The notes beneath the pieces are model-generated. The model saw only the letters and a list, made by a program, of their open reading frames with translations. It ran no database searches and had not been told where the DNA came from. A DNA stretch of 50,942 nt from an uncultured Clostridiaceae bacterium (GTDB taxonomy: Bacteria; Bacillota_I; Bacilli_A; RFN20; CAG-288), in assembly GCA_964444175.1 (NCBI GenBank), contig CAYUFI010000004.1:1-50942 (forward strand). Direction: 5' to 3'. Made by a program: the position numbers and the translations under genes. Shown one piece after another: positions 49,937 to 50,942 of this stretch. Numbering within the stretch: position 1 is the stretch's first letter; every line of letters begins with the position of its first letter.

Positions 49937-50758
49937 CTAGAAAATCTTCGTAAGGCGCAGGAAACGCGGGCGGCCCGACCAGTCCGGGTAGATTTCGGCC
50001 TTATAGGACTTGAGGACGTTCCTTGCGAGACGGAGGGTCTCGTCGGCGTTCGTCGACTCGATTTCGAAATAGGCGACCCCGTGCTCGTTCAGGACGGAGG
50101 GAAGACCCGCGAACAGGGCGCGGAAGGCGTCTAATCCGTCCTCCCCGCTGAAAAGCGCATCCTGCGGTTCGTAACCGAGGGAACGGTCGAGAACTTCTCC
50201 GGATTTGATGTAGGGAGGATTCGAGACGACGAGATCAAACTTCAGTCCGTTCTTCTTGAAATAGTCGAAATAGGAGCAGAGGGCGATGTTCACCTCGAGC
50301 TTGTTGACGTCGCAGTTGTGCTGGGTCATCTGGACCGCGTACGGGCTGTAATCGGAAGCGTAGACCGTAGCGTCGGGGAACATCTTCTTCAAAGACAAGG
50401 CGATGCAGCCGCTGCCGCAACAGACGTCCAGAGCGGAATGGATGAGGGTCCTCTTCTGTTTGTCCTCGATGAAGAGCATCATTTCCTCCGTCTCCGGTCG
50501 CGGAATCAGGACGTGGTGGTTCACGTCGATATGGAGATGGTAGAAATCCACGAACCCGATGAGGTACGCCGGCGGATAGCCCGCGGCGAGCACTTCCATG
50601 TCTTTGTCACACTGTTCCGGCATCATGAAAAGACGGCCGCTCTTCGTCGCGTCGTAATTCACGTGATAACGGTAAATGAACAGCGCGCGGATGTCCGCTT
50701 CGGGAATCCCCATCGCCATCATCTGGCGGATGGCCGTGTCGGAATTGAGAATCGCCAT
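49937..50758 (-). CDS. prmC: Release-factor glutamine N5-methyltransferase
   Basis: SAM motif LDVCCGSGCIAL and catalytic NPPY (VVSNPPYI). It lies immediately downstream of prfA. Confidence 0.9.
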   Translation of the reverse strand: MAILNSDTAIRQMMAMGIPEADIRALFIYRYHVNYDATKSGRLFMMPEQCDKDMEVLAAGYPPAYLIGFVDFYHLHIDVNHHVLIPRPETEEMMLFIEDKQKRTLIHSALDVCCGSGCIALSLKKMFPDATVYASDYSPYAVQMTQHNCDVNKLEVNIALCSYFDYFKKNGLKFDLVVSNPPYIKSGEVLDRSLGYEPQDALFSGEDGLDAFRALFAGLPSVLNEHGVAYFEIESTNADETLRLARNVLKSYKAEIYPDWSGRPRFLRLTKIF

Positions 50759-50762
50759 GGAT

Positions 50763-50942
50763 TTACTTGCTGTTCTGGGCCGCCTTCGCCTGGGCGAGGA
50801 TCATTTCCTTCTGGTTCGCTTCGTTCAAAGCGTCGAGCAGATCGTCGAGGTCTCCGTCCATGATGCGGTCGAGGTTGTTGACCGTGTAGCCGATGCGGTG
50901 ATCGGTGACGCGGTTCTGCGGATAGTTGTAGGTGCGGATCTT
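50763..50942 (-). CDS. prfA: Peptide chain release factor 1, C-terminal fragment (gene continues beyond the window)
   Basis: An open frame runs to the window edge and translates as [39 protein letters not shown]..., matching the conserved RF1 C-terminus. It is missing from the ORF track because the start lies outside the window. Confidence 0.85.
   Translation of the reverse strand, partial: KIRTYNYPQNRVTDHRIGYTVNNLDRIMDGDLDDLLDALNEANQKEMILAQAKAAQNSK

Overview
The window looks like a compact chromosomal segment from a Bacillota or Mycoplasmatota-like (low-GC Gram-positive lineage) genome. The standard genetic code applies: TGA is used as a stop (for example at sbcD and the DUF4143 ATPase) and Trp is encoded by TGG. 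Coding regions favour G/C-ending codons, and the intergenic spacers are visibly AT-rich.

I support 39 CDS and one tRNA. About 85% of the genes are on the minus strand. Many stop/start junctions overlap (ATGA, TAATG, ATGAGTAA), which fits long translationally coupled operons.

Content from left to right:
- a BI-1 family membrane protein and two tandem deoxynucleoside kinases
- the glycolytic block gap-pgk-tpiA
- whiA and a thioredoxin-reductase-like flavoprotein
- a GH2 glycosidase and an orphan DUF4143 AAA+ ATPase
- lgt, hprK and uvrA
- a hypothetical protein and a lipase-like lipoprotein
- an ArsR regulator with a CPC-type P1B ATPase
- a recC-recB-recD operon
- an NPP-family phosphodiesterase, rsuA and an MBL hydrolase
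- a plus-strand block of sbcD-sbcC, glyA and an HPr/Crh-like gene
- tRNA-Lys(CUU)
- a long housekeeping operon read on the minus strand as dnaX-ybaB-recR-tmk-holB-yaaT-rsmI-P-type ATPase
- prmC and the 3' end of prfA

I found no transposase, integrase, phage gene, CRISPR array or rRNA. I do not see a convincing multi-gene novel system.

The most unexplained material:
1. A ~490-bp AT-rich, ORF-poor gap with reiterated motifs next to the orphan DUF4143 ATPase.
2. Twin 30-bp palindromes in that ATPase's promoter region.
3. A RecBCD-type (not AddAB-type) operon preceded by a G9 tract in its ribosome-binding region.
4. An HPr homologue lacking His15 (Crh-like).
5. A TrxR-like protein lacking both NADPH-binding signatures.

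Every functional call rests on motif recognition by eye. No database search was run.
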